A stretch of DNA of 64,000 bases from Novakomyces olei (lineage: Eukaryota). The DNA is taken from assembly GCA_016906335.1 (NCBI GenBank), contig JADEYG010000001.1, positions 558,001-622,000 on the forward strand. Direction: 5' to 3'. Below are positions 37,537-49,496 of the stretch, one piece after another. Position 1 is the stretch's first letter. Every line of letters starts with the position of its first letter. The notes beneath the pieces were generated by a model. That model ran no database searches. It saw only the letters and a list, made by a program, of their open reading frames with translations, and was not told the DNA's origin. The translations under genes and the position numbers were made by a program.

Positions 37537-37959
37537 CACGCGCGATACTACGTTATACTACTCGAAAATAAGGGCGTCGTGGCTACTTTTAAGAACTCGA
37601 ATATTAGATACAACTGCAGCGGTGAGAAGCTGGTATTTATGAAAAATCAAAAATAAATATAATAAAATTACATGAAATTAATAATTAATTAATAGAGGGT
37701 AAAAGACGGACTGGGCAAAAGTAACGATGATTAGCCACAAAGAAATCTATACAGGAGCCTTTGAAAATGAAATCCGAATTTATTCATGCGATGCCAAACC
37801 TCTGGCCAAAATTCAGTGTCGTTGAAGGCGCCTCTTCCGACTCCAAAAGTATTAAGAATTATCCAATAGTACAGACGAGAAACGTGCCCTTCCCACGTCT
37901 TCAAAGCTTGAAGAAGTCCTGTGCCGATTCTATATCTTATTCACAACTTCAATGCCATC

Positions 37960-38528
37960 TTAGCGCTCTTTGAGCGCTTTGTTACGCTTTTCTCGGCGTT
38001 TTCTTCGCTCGATGGTCTTGGCGTGAAACTAAAAGATTTAGCGCTTGTTATCTTGCAAAAGAAAAGAGTCGTAGCTTGAAGAGATAAATAAATATATGAT
38101 TATTAAAAACAAGAACCAAACCTTTTCTGACATCTTTTCTAATCGTTCCTTCTCTTGTTTGCGTTCCCTTCTGTCTTTAATCTTGGCCACCATTGCCTAT
38201 GATCTATTAGCAATTCGTAGTAAAAGTTAACTAATACATCTTTGGCCCGTTGCCGCTCGTCACGTAAACTCTGTTCTAATTCCTTGACTTCCTTCTGCTG
38301 CCTCTCTTTTTCCTTGCGCAATTCAAACGGAGTGCGCTGCGATTCGCTCATGTACGCCCTTTGCTTTGGCATTTTATCTTTTTTCCTTCAAAACGTCAGT
38401 GAAATTTCTCGAACGTTTTTACCATTGTTTGCCTAGACAGTTAGCGACAAATAGGCGTGAAAACACATACCAGATTTACGTATTCCCGTAACAACAGGCG
38501 CCGTTGTTTCTGATTCTTCGGCTGCCAT
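37960..38528 (-). CDS. CGR1: rRNA-processing protein Cgr1
   Basis: Spliced product MAAEE..GIRKS|GKQW|KKDKMPK...VKELEQSLRDE..RRERKQEKERLEKMSEK|FHAKTIERRKRREKRNKALKER. Four introns. Confidence 0.9.
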
Positions 38529-38758
38529 CAGCGGCCGACAAAAGCAGTTAATATCTTTGTCTAATGAATTTTTAATACACGTGCTATTTTATTCGATTTA
38601 TTCGCAAAAGAATACTACAATAAAATATGTAAATGATAAAAATAAGGGATAAAGATACTGATAACAACTCGAAAGGAATCACTGTGAATATTATGAATAT
38701 TGTTGGATCGCACAAAGGAATAAGAAAACAGGCAGACGCTAGCTAACAGCGCTATGTA

Positions 38759-39269
38759 ATGACGGATCAAAAATCGCTGCAAACGAGCAGCTCTGAAGAA
38801 GACATCGATATCGAAGCATTTGTGCGGAAACAAGAGGCCTTTGTCGCTCGTTTACGCCTCGACTATGACGCTTTATCTGTTGCCAAAGCACGACTGGAGC
38901 ACGATATTCAAGAATAGTAAATTAAATGTCTAGATTATGGGAAACTGACAAACCAGCTCAGAATTAAAAGACGCTAAAAAGCCTTCACAATATCCTCTCT
39001 TGGCAGAAAATTTATTGCTTCAAGCAGCACCATTACCTGCATGGCATACGGACGCAAATTTGACAGTGGTTGATACCAATGTGGCCGGCATACATTCGGC
39101 CTTGACCCCGTCTGAATTAGAAACATTTTTGCCCAAGCGAATAGAGCTCTGTCGACGCCGAATTGAAGGCGTTTTGGCTCAGCAGGAAGCTGTTGAGGCT
39201 CACATCGATGCGGCTAATGAGACTCTATCGCAGATTTTGGCGCTACATAATGGAGAAATGAATCGATAA
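38759..39269 (+). CDS. Small coiled-coil protein, prefoldin-alpha/UXT-like
   Basis: ATG 38759; 40-nt intron 38917-38956 joins the 39000 ORF in frame. Helix (LRLDYDAL..LEHDIQEYSEL), beta segment, then helix (FLPKRIE..IDA). Confidence 0.5.
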
Positions 39270-39821
39270 ATTTAGAAATTTGCTCTAAAAAGGTAGAAAA
39301 TTAAAAAAAATAAATAAATAAATAAAAATAAATAAATAAAAAAAACTAAAAAACTAAAAAAGGGCTAAGGATGCCATTTTGTTAAAATTAGACAGTTCAA
39401 TTTAGTCGACAAGGACGATTCGTCGTATATGTCTTGGCCTAACTCTAGATTTAGTTGTAGGCTTTTGGCACATCTGCTTTGTATCAAGCCTGAATAATTG
39501 CATGATCATTTCAGATTGACAGGTAAATCGGTAAATTCTCTGCCGATATTTTGACAGTAGTATGGAAGCATACGGCAACATAATCTGATTGAGTCTCTTG
39601 CTCGAGACCTATACATACTGTACTGTCTCTATTAAATTATGCCAATGATCCATATCTTGTGGAGTCTGTATATCATAATGTAGGGAGATCGCCTATAAAT
39701 AATTTATAATATGGTGTTTATATTTAATAGCATTATTCTATATTTTTTTTTTAATTATTGTCCTTAATTATTGTCCTAGTTCTTGTCTTTAATTTGCAAC
39801 TAGGTTAAACGCTTTGCTGCC

Positions 39822-40813
39822 ATGGCCGACCAATTGACGCCGACAGCACGAAAAGTGCATGAAGGCTGCTTAGAAAAGCACCCTGGACTCGTGAGCCAAG
39901 ATGAGCTAATGAAGTTTATGGCCGGCTCGAAAGAACAGCTCAAGGATGTACTGAACTCGTTATTGCGAGCACGCTTATTGGAAACTTTTCAACAGGGGTC
40001 TAATGTCTTGTTTCGAGGCATAACTACTGCAGAAGCCGCTCAGTGAGTTTTTCAATTCTTCTACTTGAAACTGAATTAGTTATATGAGCTTGATCTGACC
40101 TTCACAGAATGACCGAATTACAGGGTGACGATCAAATCATATACGCAACAATCAAGGCCGCTGGCAACGAGGGTATATGGACAAAGACTCTAAAAGCCAA
40201 AACAAACCTTCATCAGAATGTCGTTAGCCGCTGCTTAAAATCCCTTGAATCGAGACAGCTGGTCAAATCTGTGAAATCTGTAAAGCAGCCCGGACGAAAG
40301 ATTTACATGCTCTACGGTATCACCCCGGCTAGTGAAATTACTGGAGGTGTGTGGTTCACAGATCAGGAACTGGATACGGAGTTTATAAACACTCTTACTA
40401 CCGGAGTATATCGGTACATTAAATCGCGCTCATTCCCACGTGGCTCCCAGCAGGCTTACCATCCATCGTACGATGGGTACCCTACTATTGCCGACATTAC
40501 GGAGTGGCTGCAAAAGTCTGGCCTGACTGAAGTGCAACTCGACGAGAGCCATATCACTAGCTTAGTAAATGTTCTCACATTTGACGGAAAGGTTGAACGA
40601 GCCGTCCACCAGGCTGGGTTTCGTGCTGTTAAAGACAATGAATCGTACTCCCAGCGTTGCCCGTGGTTTTATACCGCTGGCCGCGAAACAGAGACTGATC
40701 CGCAAAATTGCGAGTAAGTGGACCGCGCTTTATTTCTATCCATTTACGCGCTTTGTTTTCATATTGGATGATTCTCTAATCAAAGGTACTTGAACGTCTG
40801 GCTGGGGTCATGA
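39822..40813 (+). CDS. RPC34: RNA polymerase III subunit C34
   Basis: AGNEGIWTKTLKAKTNLHQ, KIYMLYGITP..ITGGVWFTDQELD. Introns 40043-40108 and 40714-40785; ends CE|YLNVWLGS. Confidence 0.95.
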
Positions 40814-41140
40814 GCATTAAAATGACATTCAGCATTTAGCTATTTATTAGTCCTGGAGTTTTACCGAGCTTCGCGTTTGTTCAATACGAGTTTGGAGGAT
40901 TCAATTGTCACGTTGAATTTCGCACCCAACCTACGTGGTAAACGATGTCGAAGCCCGCAAGTACAATGATTGCTTTTACTGCTCGAGTACCTGTACAGGA
41001 TTGCGAAAATACAGAAAAACTTGATTCTTATATAATAGAATTGCGTATATGATCCGTAAGCGTGATTGTGTATTATCAAACTCGGTCTTTAATCTTTCGT
41101 CCCAAATACGACTCGGCGAATATTGTGGGGGCCTTGACGG

Positions 41141-42200
41141 TTAAAACGAGTTTACGATCAAGTCATAATGCCCCGGCCGGTAAAGCAGTGCCACAGGCGG
41201 CAAAGGTACCGCAGACTGAACGTCTGAAACGATTTCGTGTTTGTTCAAAGGTCCCGGCCTTGAGTCAAGGTAGTATACTATGAGACGAGAATGCATTGCA
41301 GAGACACAGGCGTGGATAATAGGCTCATCTGCCTCACGGCCCATTGCCTCTACTTGTGAACGAACATAAGCATCTAAATCATCAGCACCGACATACGCGG
41401 CATAGAGCTCAGCGTTTGCTCTCATTTGGCAAGCCGTCACAAAGCGCAGATAAACCACAAACGAGTTTGATCCTTGGGGTTCTTGAAACCGAGAAAGAAT
41501 CTCGTCATGGGCACCGACCAGATCAGATTCTCCAGAAGCAGCCACCTCTAGAATACCTAAAGCAGCATCTAGAAAGTCTTCGTATGCTAGTTTTTCGTAG
41601 CCATTAGCTTCTAGTAAATTCTGTGTGCTGTTGAAGCCCTCGATTGCTTTTCGTCTATCTGCCGGTGGAATAAATAAAAGATTTAGTGTCCATCCACAAG
41701 CGAATGCTGCGTTTTGTCAGCAGGTCTCCCTGTAATCGAAAAGGTGTAAAATTTTATGAATTAAATAATCATTGAAAACGATTTGATGTTCAAAAGAGTG
41801 ATAGAATTGCAGTATAATTAGCGGCCGAAACAAAAAATACATTAAAAAGCATGATAAAAGATAATAAATGTATGGAGGCGTGAATAGTAAGAGATAACAA
41901 TTGAGCCAGGCTAGCAAAGTCAAAAGAAATGGCAATTTTACCTCTGAAAAAGCAGTTGCCGTCGCCGAGCGATCGATGTAACAATTTATCGCTCAAAGTC
42001 TGGGGTAAGTATTCGTGTAGAAGGAATATACGAAAGCGTACTTCTATTTTGGCTCTAACGACTGGTGAGCCATTGGCATATTCGTCACGCAGATCGCTTA
42101 TGGGCAAAGGTGCCGATACAAGCGGACGCTCGCCATACTCGTCCTGCTTGAGTTTTTCTGTCAGATCGAGGATCTGTTCATCACTCAGCTCGTCAGTCAT
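41141..42200 (-). CDS. Otubain-like deubiquitinase (peptidase C65)
   Basis: GDGNCFFR|AFA with the catalytic Cys and LLYRPGHYDL with the catalytic His. Two introns. Confidence 0.9.
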
Positions 42201-42421
42201 ATTAATTTTTTGGAATTGGTTTTGTGGTAGCATGCAGTAAATGACGTATTAGCGCATTAATATGTAGCCAATAGATGAACGGGTACCCGTCCGCGTATTG
42301 ACCAGTATTTATTTATTTATTTATTTATTTATTTATCATTATATCAAGTAGCGAAATATTACCACATTATTATTTTTTGTTTGTGGCATAAACTCGTCAT
42401 TGATCTGCGTGAATCGGATAC

Positions 42422-43335
42422 ATGATCACCATCGATGCGTCAAAGTATACGCCATCGCAACTTGCGCTTATGTACCTTCAAGCGGTAATACGTGCGCAGA
42501 ATACACGTGATGCTCTGTATCGCGAATTTGAAGAGTACGGATTTCTTGAAACTATCTAACCCTCAGCTCTTTTCAATCCTTTCTGCATAAAGATGTCGAT
42601 GACGATGGTGAGTAGGCCAATTGTTTTCTCGGTTCTCAATTCGGTACTGTGGTTTGCTTTAATTTGTTCAAGGTCTATTTAAAATGTTTTATCGACTTTT
42701 TTGTGTCTACACTTTTTGTTTTCCCGTATTTTTGCCTTTTCCCCAAAATTATTATATTTCCACGCCCTTTTTGTATCATTGCACTCTTTAACTTGTAATG
42801 CATACTATTGTCCCCTTTTGCCTTTAATTAAACGGCCATTTCATGACTCACGCTTTATCTTTCAACTGCTAATTATCAGAGTACAAGTCTGTTGTACGAT
42901 TAGTCACACAAGGCTTCCAAGATGTATCGGCCGAAATTCGTGACTTGCAATCGCGACTGCATGACTGCGGCTACGGCGATTACGCAGATGCCGTACAGAA
43001 ATTGCAGAATGCTGAGCAGGATCGCCTAAAACAAGTACGTTTCTATTGGCTGTATTATCTGTCTTTAATACAATTCAGCTCTATTATCTTATTTATTTAT
43101 TTATTATGTCTTTATGTTACTAATCTGCAGACGGTTAGGTACCAACAAGAAGAGCTACAGTCGCGTGATGATATTCACGATAATTTATCATCAGCAGAAG
43201 CATACGCAGAAAAGTAAGTTCTTTTCATATGTTTATGCTCATGCCAGGCGTGTATCTAATCGAGCTTTAATCGATGAGCAAATGGAAGAAATACGATGTA
43301 CTGTTGCAGATTTAGCCGAACAGCAGCAGCAGTAG
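42422..43335 (+). CDS. REX1-B (C19orf60/REX1BD)-like helical protein
   Basis: Spliced: ..AQNTRDALYREFE|DSFQSFL..|EYKSVVRLVTQGFQDVSAEIRDLQ..VQKLQNAEQDRLKQ|..IDEQMEEIR. Four introns, all restoring frame. Confidence 0.65.
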
Positions 43336-43759
43336 CGATTTAGCAATTGCATCTTTATGATTTTGTATCCGTCGTTTGAATGTGTTATTTTCCTTTGACA
43401 ATTATAGTCTCTGCATAACAAAATTCTGGCCGATCATGTTGCTCAGCGCAGTTTGATCGTTTCATAAACGCGTTGTATCCCGCTAAAATCTAATATAATC
43501 TAAGCAATGCAGTGTTGCTAGATTAAAGATGCAGTTATAAATAGATTACTTTGAAAGAATTATTCTATTTAATATAATTAGTTTTACTAATTCATTAAAC
43601 AATTTATTAATTGTTTATTTATTTAGTTTTTAGCCGAAGAATTAACTATCTGATCAAATTATTAAATTCGATCATAAATGGTATTGAGTATTGAAGTGTA
43701 CAACATGATTAATGAGGTTGCAAAGGCACGTCTATAATACAGCGGTCGTGTATATAAAA

Positions 43760-45534
43760 TCAACGCCCTAATCCAAACGAGTCACAAACGGAAAACACGT
43801 CGCCGGCTCTCTTTATGTCTCCCTGCACGACAACGGTAGGCCTTCCAGACCCTTTACCAGCGTTGCGAACTTGGCCCTTGAGGATCTTGTTGGCAACACG
43901 GTACAAATCGTCTACAGTTATGGCATCAATATGGTCACAGATCTCCTTGGCCGTAGTTCGCACACCACTTTGAACTTGCCGGGCTAAATCTTCCAGCATA
44001 ATTGATCGTGATTCCAAGTTATACATTAGCGAAGCCTTGAGCAAGTTTTTAGCTCTATTAGCCTCAGTCTGGCTGATGGGCGAACGAAACGCGGGGTCAA
44101 GTAGCCTTACAAATTCTTGGCAAATAACAAAGGCCAAATGCTCAGCCGAAGAGCTGTCGCAACTTGCAGATATACCAAAGATTCCACTATCGCTGTACGA
44201 ATTATTAAACGCAACGCAGCTTTCCATAAACCCGTACTGGTTTAGCACGTGAGTAAATAGTCGGGAGTACATGCCTTTCCCGGGTCCGCCAGCACTAAAA
44301 CTGCCTCCTCCGCCCAACAAAAATTGCAGTGTAGCCGCCGCATAAATATCTGGATCATTAATCGGCACAGTTTCAAAGGCTATTATCATATGCGTTAGAG
44401 GAACACTCGTTCCCGGGGCAATAGCCGCCTCACTCTCTGGTATTTCTACCAGTCCACCCGTGTACTTTGCCACCGGCTGAGCGGGAAAAGGCACACTCGC
44501 CGGAGGCATATCTCCATAATACTTTTCTGCTAATTGCAGGGCCTGCTGGGCTGAAATACCGGCAAAGGCTACAATCACCCGGTCCGGGCGGTAAAACATT
44601 TGTCTATACTGGAGCACAAGATCCCGATTGATAAAAGGCAATGCCTCTTCGGGGCAGATGAGAGGATTGCCCAGAGTATTATCTCGAAAGGCAGCATAGT
44701 GAGCCAGCTCAGGGAGCACTTGATCCGGTTTGTTCCATAGCTCTTGAATCTCGTAGGCAGCAGTAGCCTTGGCCATTTCCACTTCTTCGTCTTGCAGTAA
44801 TGGGAACCTTACAGTATCGGCAATTATACGTGTTATTTCCTCGACATCGCTGTTGAACACAGCTGCCTGGTACAGCATGGTCTCGCGCGAACTTGAACAT
44901 AAATAGTTGCCACCCATTTTTTCCAATGCAATAAGAATATCGTCAGAAGATCGGGTCCGTGTTGATTTGAAACCAAGGCGGTCCATTATATGAGAGACAC
45001 CTCGGAAATGGGCAGACTCGTACCGTGAGCCGGCATCAACGTACGTACCCGCTGCACAAAAATGGCCGGGTACGGGTTCCGTTACTACGCGAATCCCGTT
45101 CGGCAGAGTTGTGAGAACGTCTAATTTTCCAGCGTCCTGATGTTAGTGATATGGCTTTGTACGAGAGGGAGAGAATTGATACAGATGATGTATAAACGTA
45201 AAGATCCTATCAAAAATTGCAATGAAACTGATAGATTGTGAAATAGATCTGATAGAGGTTTGGTAAGTATCTAACAGAAATCTGACAGAAATCTGACTTG
45301 TATCTGACAGATTTCCGAAAGATACTTCATAGAAATCAAACGGACGCATGTGAAATGCAAGGCAGACGTAATATATCCAAAGGCAAACAGCAAGCAAAAA
45401 CAAAAATTTAATCCTTTGTCCTTACGTACCTTTGCGGGACGAATGTTCACGTTAGTTTGAAGTAACCGGCAGGCAGCCGGCAATTTGCGAGCACACGCGG
45501 CGAAATGCCGTCCGGGCGCACAGGCCCGGTTCAT
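43760..45534 (-). CDS. MAS2: Mitochondrial processing peptidase alpha subunit
   Basis: TLPNGIRVVT, degenerate SHIMDRLGF and the glycine loop LGGGGSFSAGGPGKGMYSRL. Intron 45137-45429. Confidence 0.95.
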
Positions 45535-45949
45535 TTTCGGCTAGACGAGACGAAGAATTGGTGCAGGAAACAGATGAAGATTTGGGATATACGTAATTCT
45601 TAAAGAAAAATAGAAGTATTGGCTAAATGGAAGTTAAAATATTTTAACAAATGCAGAAACAAAAAGGAAAAAAGCCAACGATAGGAAATTGTAAAGTCCG
45701 CGCACAATCTGCGATGTCGACAAACACTGCCGGTGCGAATGTTGCAGATTGTAATTTTAAGAAAAGATATTTGAATTTGATAAATTATTTTTAATGCGCT
45801 ACGTGCTACTGAGTGTATAGAATGTTTTATGTAATGCAGTTCTCTCGTATCTGTATAATAGTATATATATATATTTAAAAGGCCATTTTAATATATAAGC
45901 TGCCTCGGGCGATATACATTAATAAAATATATTATTATTTTTCTAATAA

Positions 45950-46036
45950 TATTTTTATTATAGTTATTTTTATTATAGTTATTTTTATTATAATTATTTT
46001 TATTATAATTATTTTTATTATAATTATTTTTATAAT
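45950..46036. repeat. About 15-nt AT-rich tandem repeat (TATTTTTATTATAAT/AGT)
   Basis: About five units visible in the MAS2/ORT1 divergent intergenic region. Confidence 0.8.
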
Positions 46037-46454
46037 GATATATGTAAATTATATAGTCATATCATACGCTCTCGGTTTATACTAATATGGCAATCAAACG
46101 TTGAACAATAAGTATGAGGATTTATCTTTCAATTGCATGATACTAATGAAATCTTCATAGGCCTGTTTATGTATATCATTCAGGACCAGAATAATGGTTG
46201 AATATCGCATTCATTTTCATGGTTTCATTAGTGGGCGCAGTCCTATGATTAATTTCCGTGCAAGTAAAATGACGTTATGTCGTTGTGTATATGGAACCAC
46301 ATTATCATTGCGCGGTCCGACTCATGTATATATAATTGAACGCGCATGATCTGATTAGATCTGATAAAATGGGTCAAAGGAAACCAGTAATACAGAGAGC
46401 CAACCAATATATAGGACACGAGATCAGATAAGATCTTTTAATGCTCTTATCATC

Positions 46455-47776
46455 ATGAACGATAGCATCAAGGACATTGCCGTCGGCAGCGTAAGACCAG
46501 CTCACCCTATTAATTCCCTTTGTATCATGCTTACAACAGACGGCTGGAGCACTCAGCAAGATCGTAGAGTAAGTGGGGGTTATCGGTATCTATATTAAGA
46601 CTAGATATCCGTTTGACACTGTCAAAGTCCGACTGCAAACACAGACTTTTGCACGCCCACAGTATGCAGGTCCAGTAGATTGTGCAAAGCAAATCGTCCA
46701 CAATGAAGGGACAGTCTCGTTATTCCGGGTATGATGCTGATTGCCGACCTTTTTATTTTTTTTAATTTTGTTTTAATTTTTTTTTATTTTTGGTAATTTG
46801 ATCTTTCCAACTTTACTTTTCGATCAAGGTCTAACAATACTCAAGGGCGTTTCTGCACCGCTGGCAGGCGCAATGGCGGAAAACGCTTCTTTGTTCTTTG
46901 CTTACGGAGAGATAAGTTGCCATTTTATGTATTCAATTATCTCTATTCGATTTTTCTTTCCTTAATGTACTTATCCTTGTTTAAGCCAAAAAATGGGCCA
47001 CGGCCACTTACGGTGCACCGTTAAGCTATACCTCGCTACTTTGCTGCGGAGCTTTTTCAGGGCTTTGTACCTCATTTGTACTTACGCCCTTTGAGTTGGT
47101 AAAATGCCAGGCACAAGTTCAGGCTCGGAAGCCGCTCGTAATACTGCGCGATACATTAGCCAGCAATGGGCTAGCCTCGCTTTGGCGAGGTCAAACGGGT
47201 ACAATGATACGGGAAGTTGGAGGCACAACATCTTGGTTTGGCGCTTATGAAGCGGTTTTGCATTTTTTATCAGCATCTACCCCGCCTCCTATTGACCCAG
47301 AGCTTGGAGCTGAACCGGAGGTAGAAACTTGGAAATTGGCAGTAGCAGGAAGTGCTGCAGGTGTTGCGTACCATATTATATTTTTCCCGGCCGACAGTGT
47401 AAAATCTAGAGTGCAGGCTCTTCATGGAGCTCTTGATTTTCGAGGAACAGCAAGTGAGATGCTTCAACATGGAGGGATAGCCAGCTTTTATCGTGGACTC
47501 GGCATTACATTAGCAAGGGTAGGTTCATGTGCACATATTCCTATTTGCATCTTTAGTTTTAGTTTATTTGACTTTGCTTTGTTTTGCTTCTTCTTCTCCT
47601 TTTTCTTTTTTTTTTTTTTTTTTTTTTTTTTTTGGGTGTGTGTGTATGTTTGTTTGTTTGTTAGAAGTATCTAAATAATTTCGGGGCTATTTGCTAAACA
47701 TTAGGCTGCACCGTCGAGCGCGGTTATTTTTATCGTGTACGAACGGCTCAGAAGATGGGTGGATGGTGTATTTTAG
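46455..47776 (+). CDS. Mitochondrial carrier, ornithine transporter Ort1-like
   Basis: MNDSIKDIAVGS|TAGALSKIVE|YPFDTVKVRLQTQ..|GVSAPLAGAMAENASLF..|..TPFELVKCQAQV..WRGQTGTMIREVGG..|AAPSSAVIF. Five introns; intron 4 is atypical. Confidence 0.8.
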
Positions 47777-48163
47777 ACAGACACGATATATATACAAGCA
47801 TCACGCGACATATTTTTTGATACTGCCAATGTGTTCAATCTGGCGATCTAAAATATGACTTAGAATTGAATTAGTTAGACATGAGAGAATAAAAAGCTTT
47901 GTTTTGAGACCAACGGAGATGAGAAAATAATGCTTGATCGATGTGCATCCAAGTAGCAAAAAGAAACATTAAATAAGGTGAAACTAGTTAGATTCCGTTG
48001 AGCATAAGCAAACTATAATGTTTACACTCATAAACATTTTACAAATTGAGAGCGCAAAAAGTCATCGAAAGACAAGACAATTAACACACGCCAAAGGCTA
48101 GAATACTTTTATTTCAAAAGGATATCAAAGACTGCATATCATCAATTAAATAGATACATCAAA

Positions 48164-48999
48164 CTAAGTCTGTTTTTTCTTCGGTTTATCCTCGGCTATC
48201 TCGACATTATCTAGACTGTTAGACACAAAACTGAAGAAGAAAAAACAAAATGTATAGCCTGAGCCACAAAGCTAATACGGCTGATTAAAGGCAATTAATT
48301 CATAAATAAAAACAAATACATGACGCAGTAAAAACGGCCAAATACATAGCGACAGCCATCTCAGAATAGCCAAACTTACCCTCAGGTATTTCCTTAAACT
48401 TTTCCACAATAAAGTCGTAAACGTCATCACTAACGTCGCCCTGAATTACAATTTCATCCTGGTTTGCTGCGTTTTTTGAAACACTTGCTCCAGTCGCAAA
48501 CTTTTGAGCCAACATTTTCGCAGCCTTTTTCAAATCCACATCAAAGGCTTCTAATCCAATGATCGCAGTAACATGTTTACGCTTTGTACGTTCAATGCGA
48601 CGAATAGTTACTTTACTAGCCAAACGCTTCTTACGCTCACGATCTGCCCGGGCCTCCTGCTTTGCTTGTCGCTTTTCCGCGTCCTTTTGAGCTTTTTCCT
48701 TTTCTTCAACGGATAGTTTTGCAGTTTTTTCCGTCAGTGCCGAAGTCGAGTATAGCTGTTCAAACAAATCTGCGTGTGTTGTACTCAACCATTCTTTGCA
48801 TCGGGTTATTGTACTCCCAAATTCACAATACTGTCACGGGTTAGACCTTTATAAAATCGCCAATCTAATAAGCATACCTCGGGCGGCAAAGAGCAGACTT
48901 CAGTATTAGTGTAAGGTTTAAAAAAGATCAAATACCTTCGCAATAAACGACTGTGCGTGGAAGCACAGCTGGAGAAGACTCCTCGCCTACTTCAGCCAT
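48164..48999 (-). CDS. TMA22: Translation machinery-associated protein 22 (DENR)
   Basis: VVYCE|VCSLPPE|YCEFG..CKEWL and SUI1 domain KFATGASVSK..EIVIQGDV. Three introns with a 20-nt exon. Confidence 0.94.
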
Positions 49000-49153
49000 T
49001 GCCTTCAATATTAATTTAATATTTTTAATATTATATGGCTATCAGCACAAATAAATAACTTCTACTTTATTTGAATTTTCAAGATTACAAAATATATTTG
49101 GTAAATATCAGGGTTACTTATGTCAGTTGTAGATATTTGTATATTATTCTTGT

Positions 49154-49304
<151 letters not shown>

Positions 49305-49496
49305 TTATATTTGCAGTTGATTTGTAACAATTCATTAAGCTAGATTGATTTGATCCAAAAGCTATGTACAATAAGATTTGCCTCCCAACGCCGATTCTCT
49401 TAACAAAAACAAAGATATTGAGACCTCTTTGAAAAATTATACAAGTAGCTGTCTGGCATGATTCTCGCACTGATACAAAGTGTTCCTTTTCACCGC

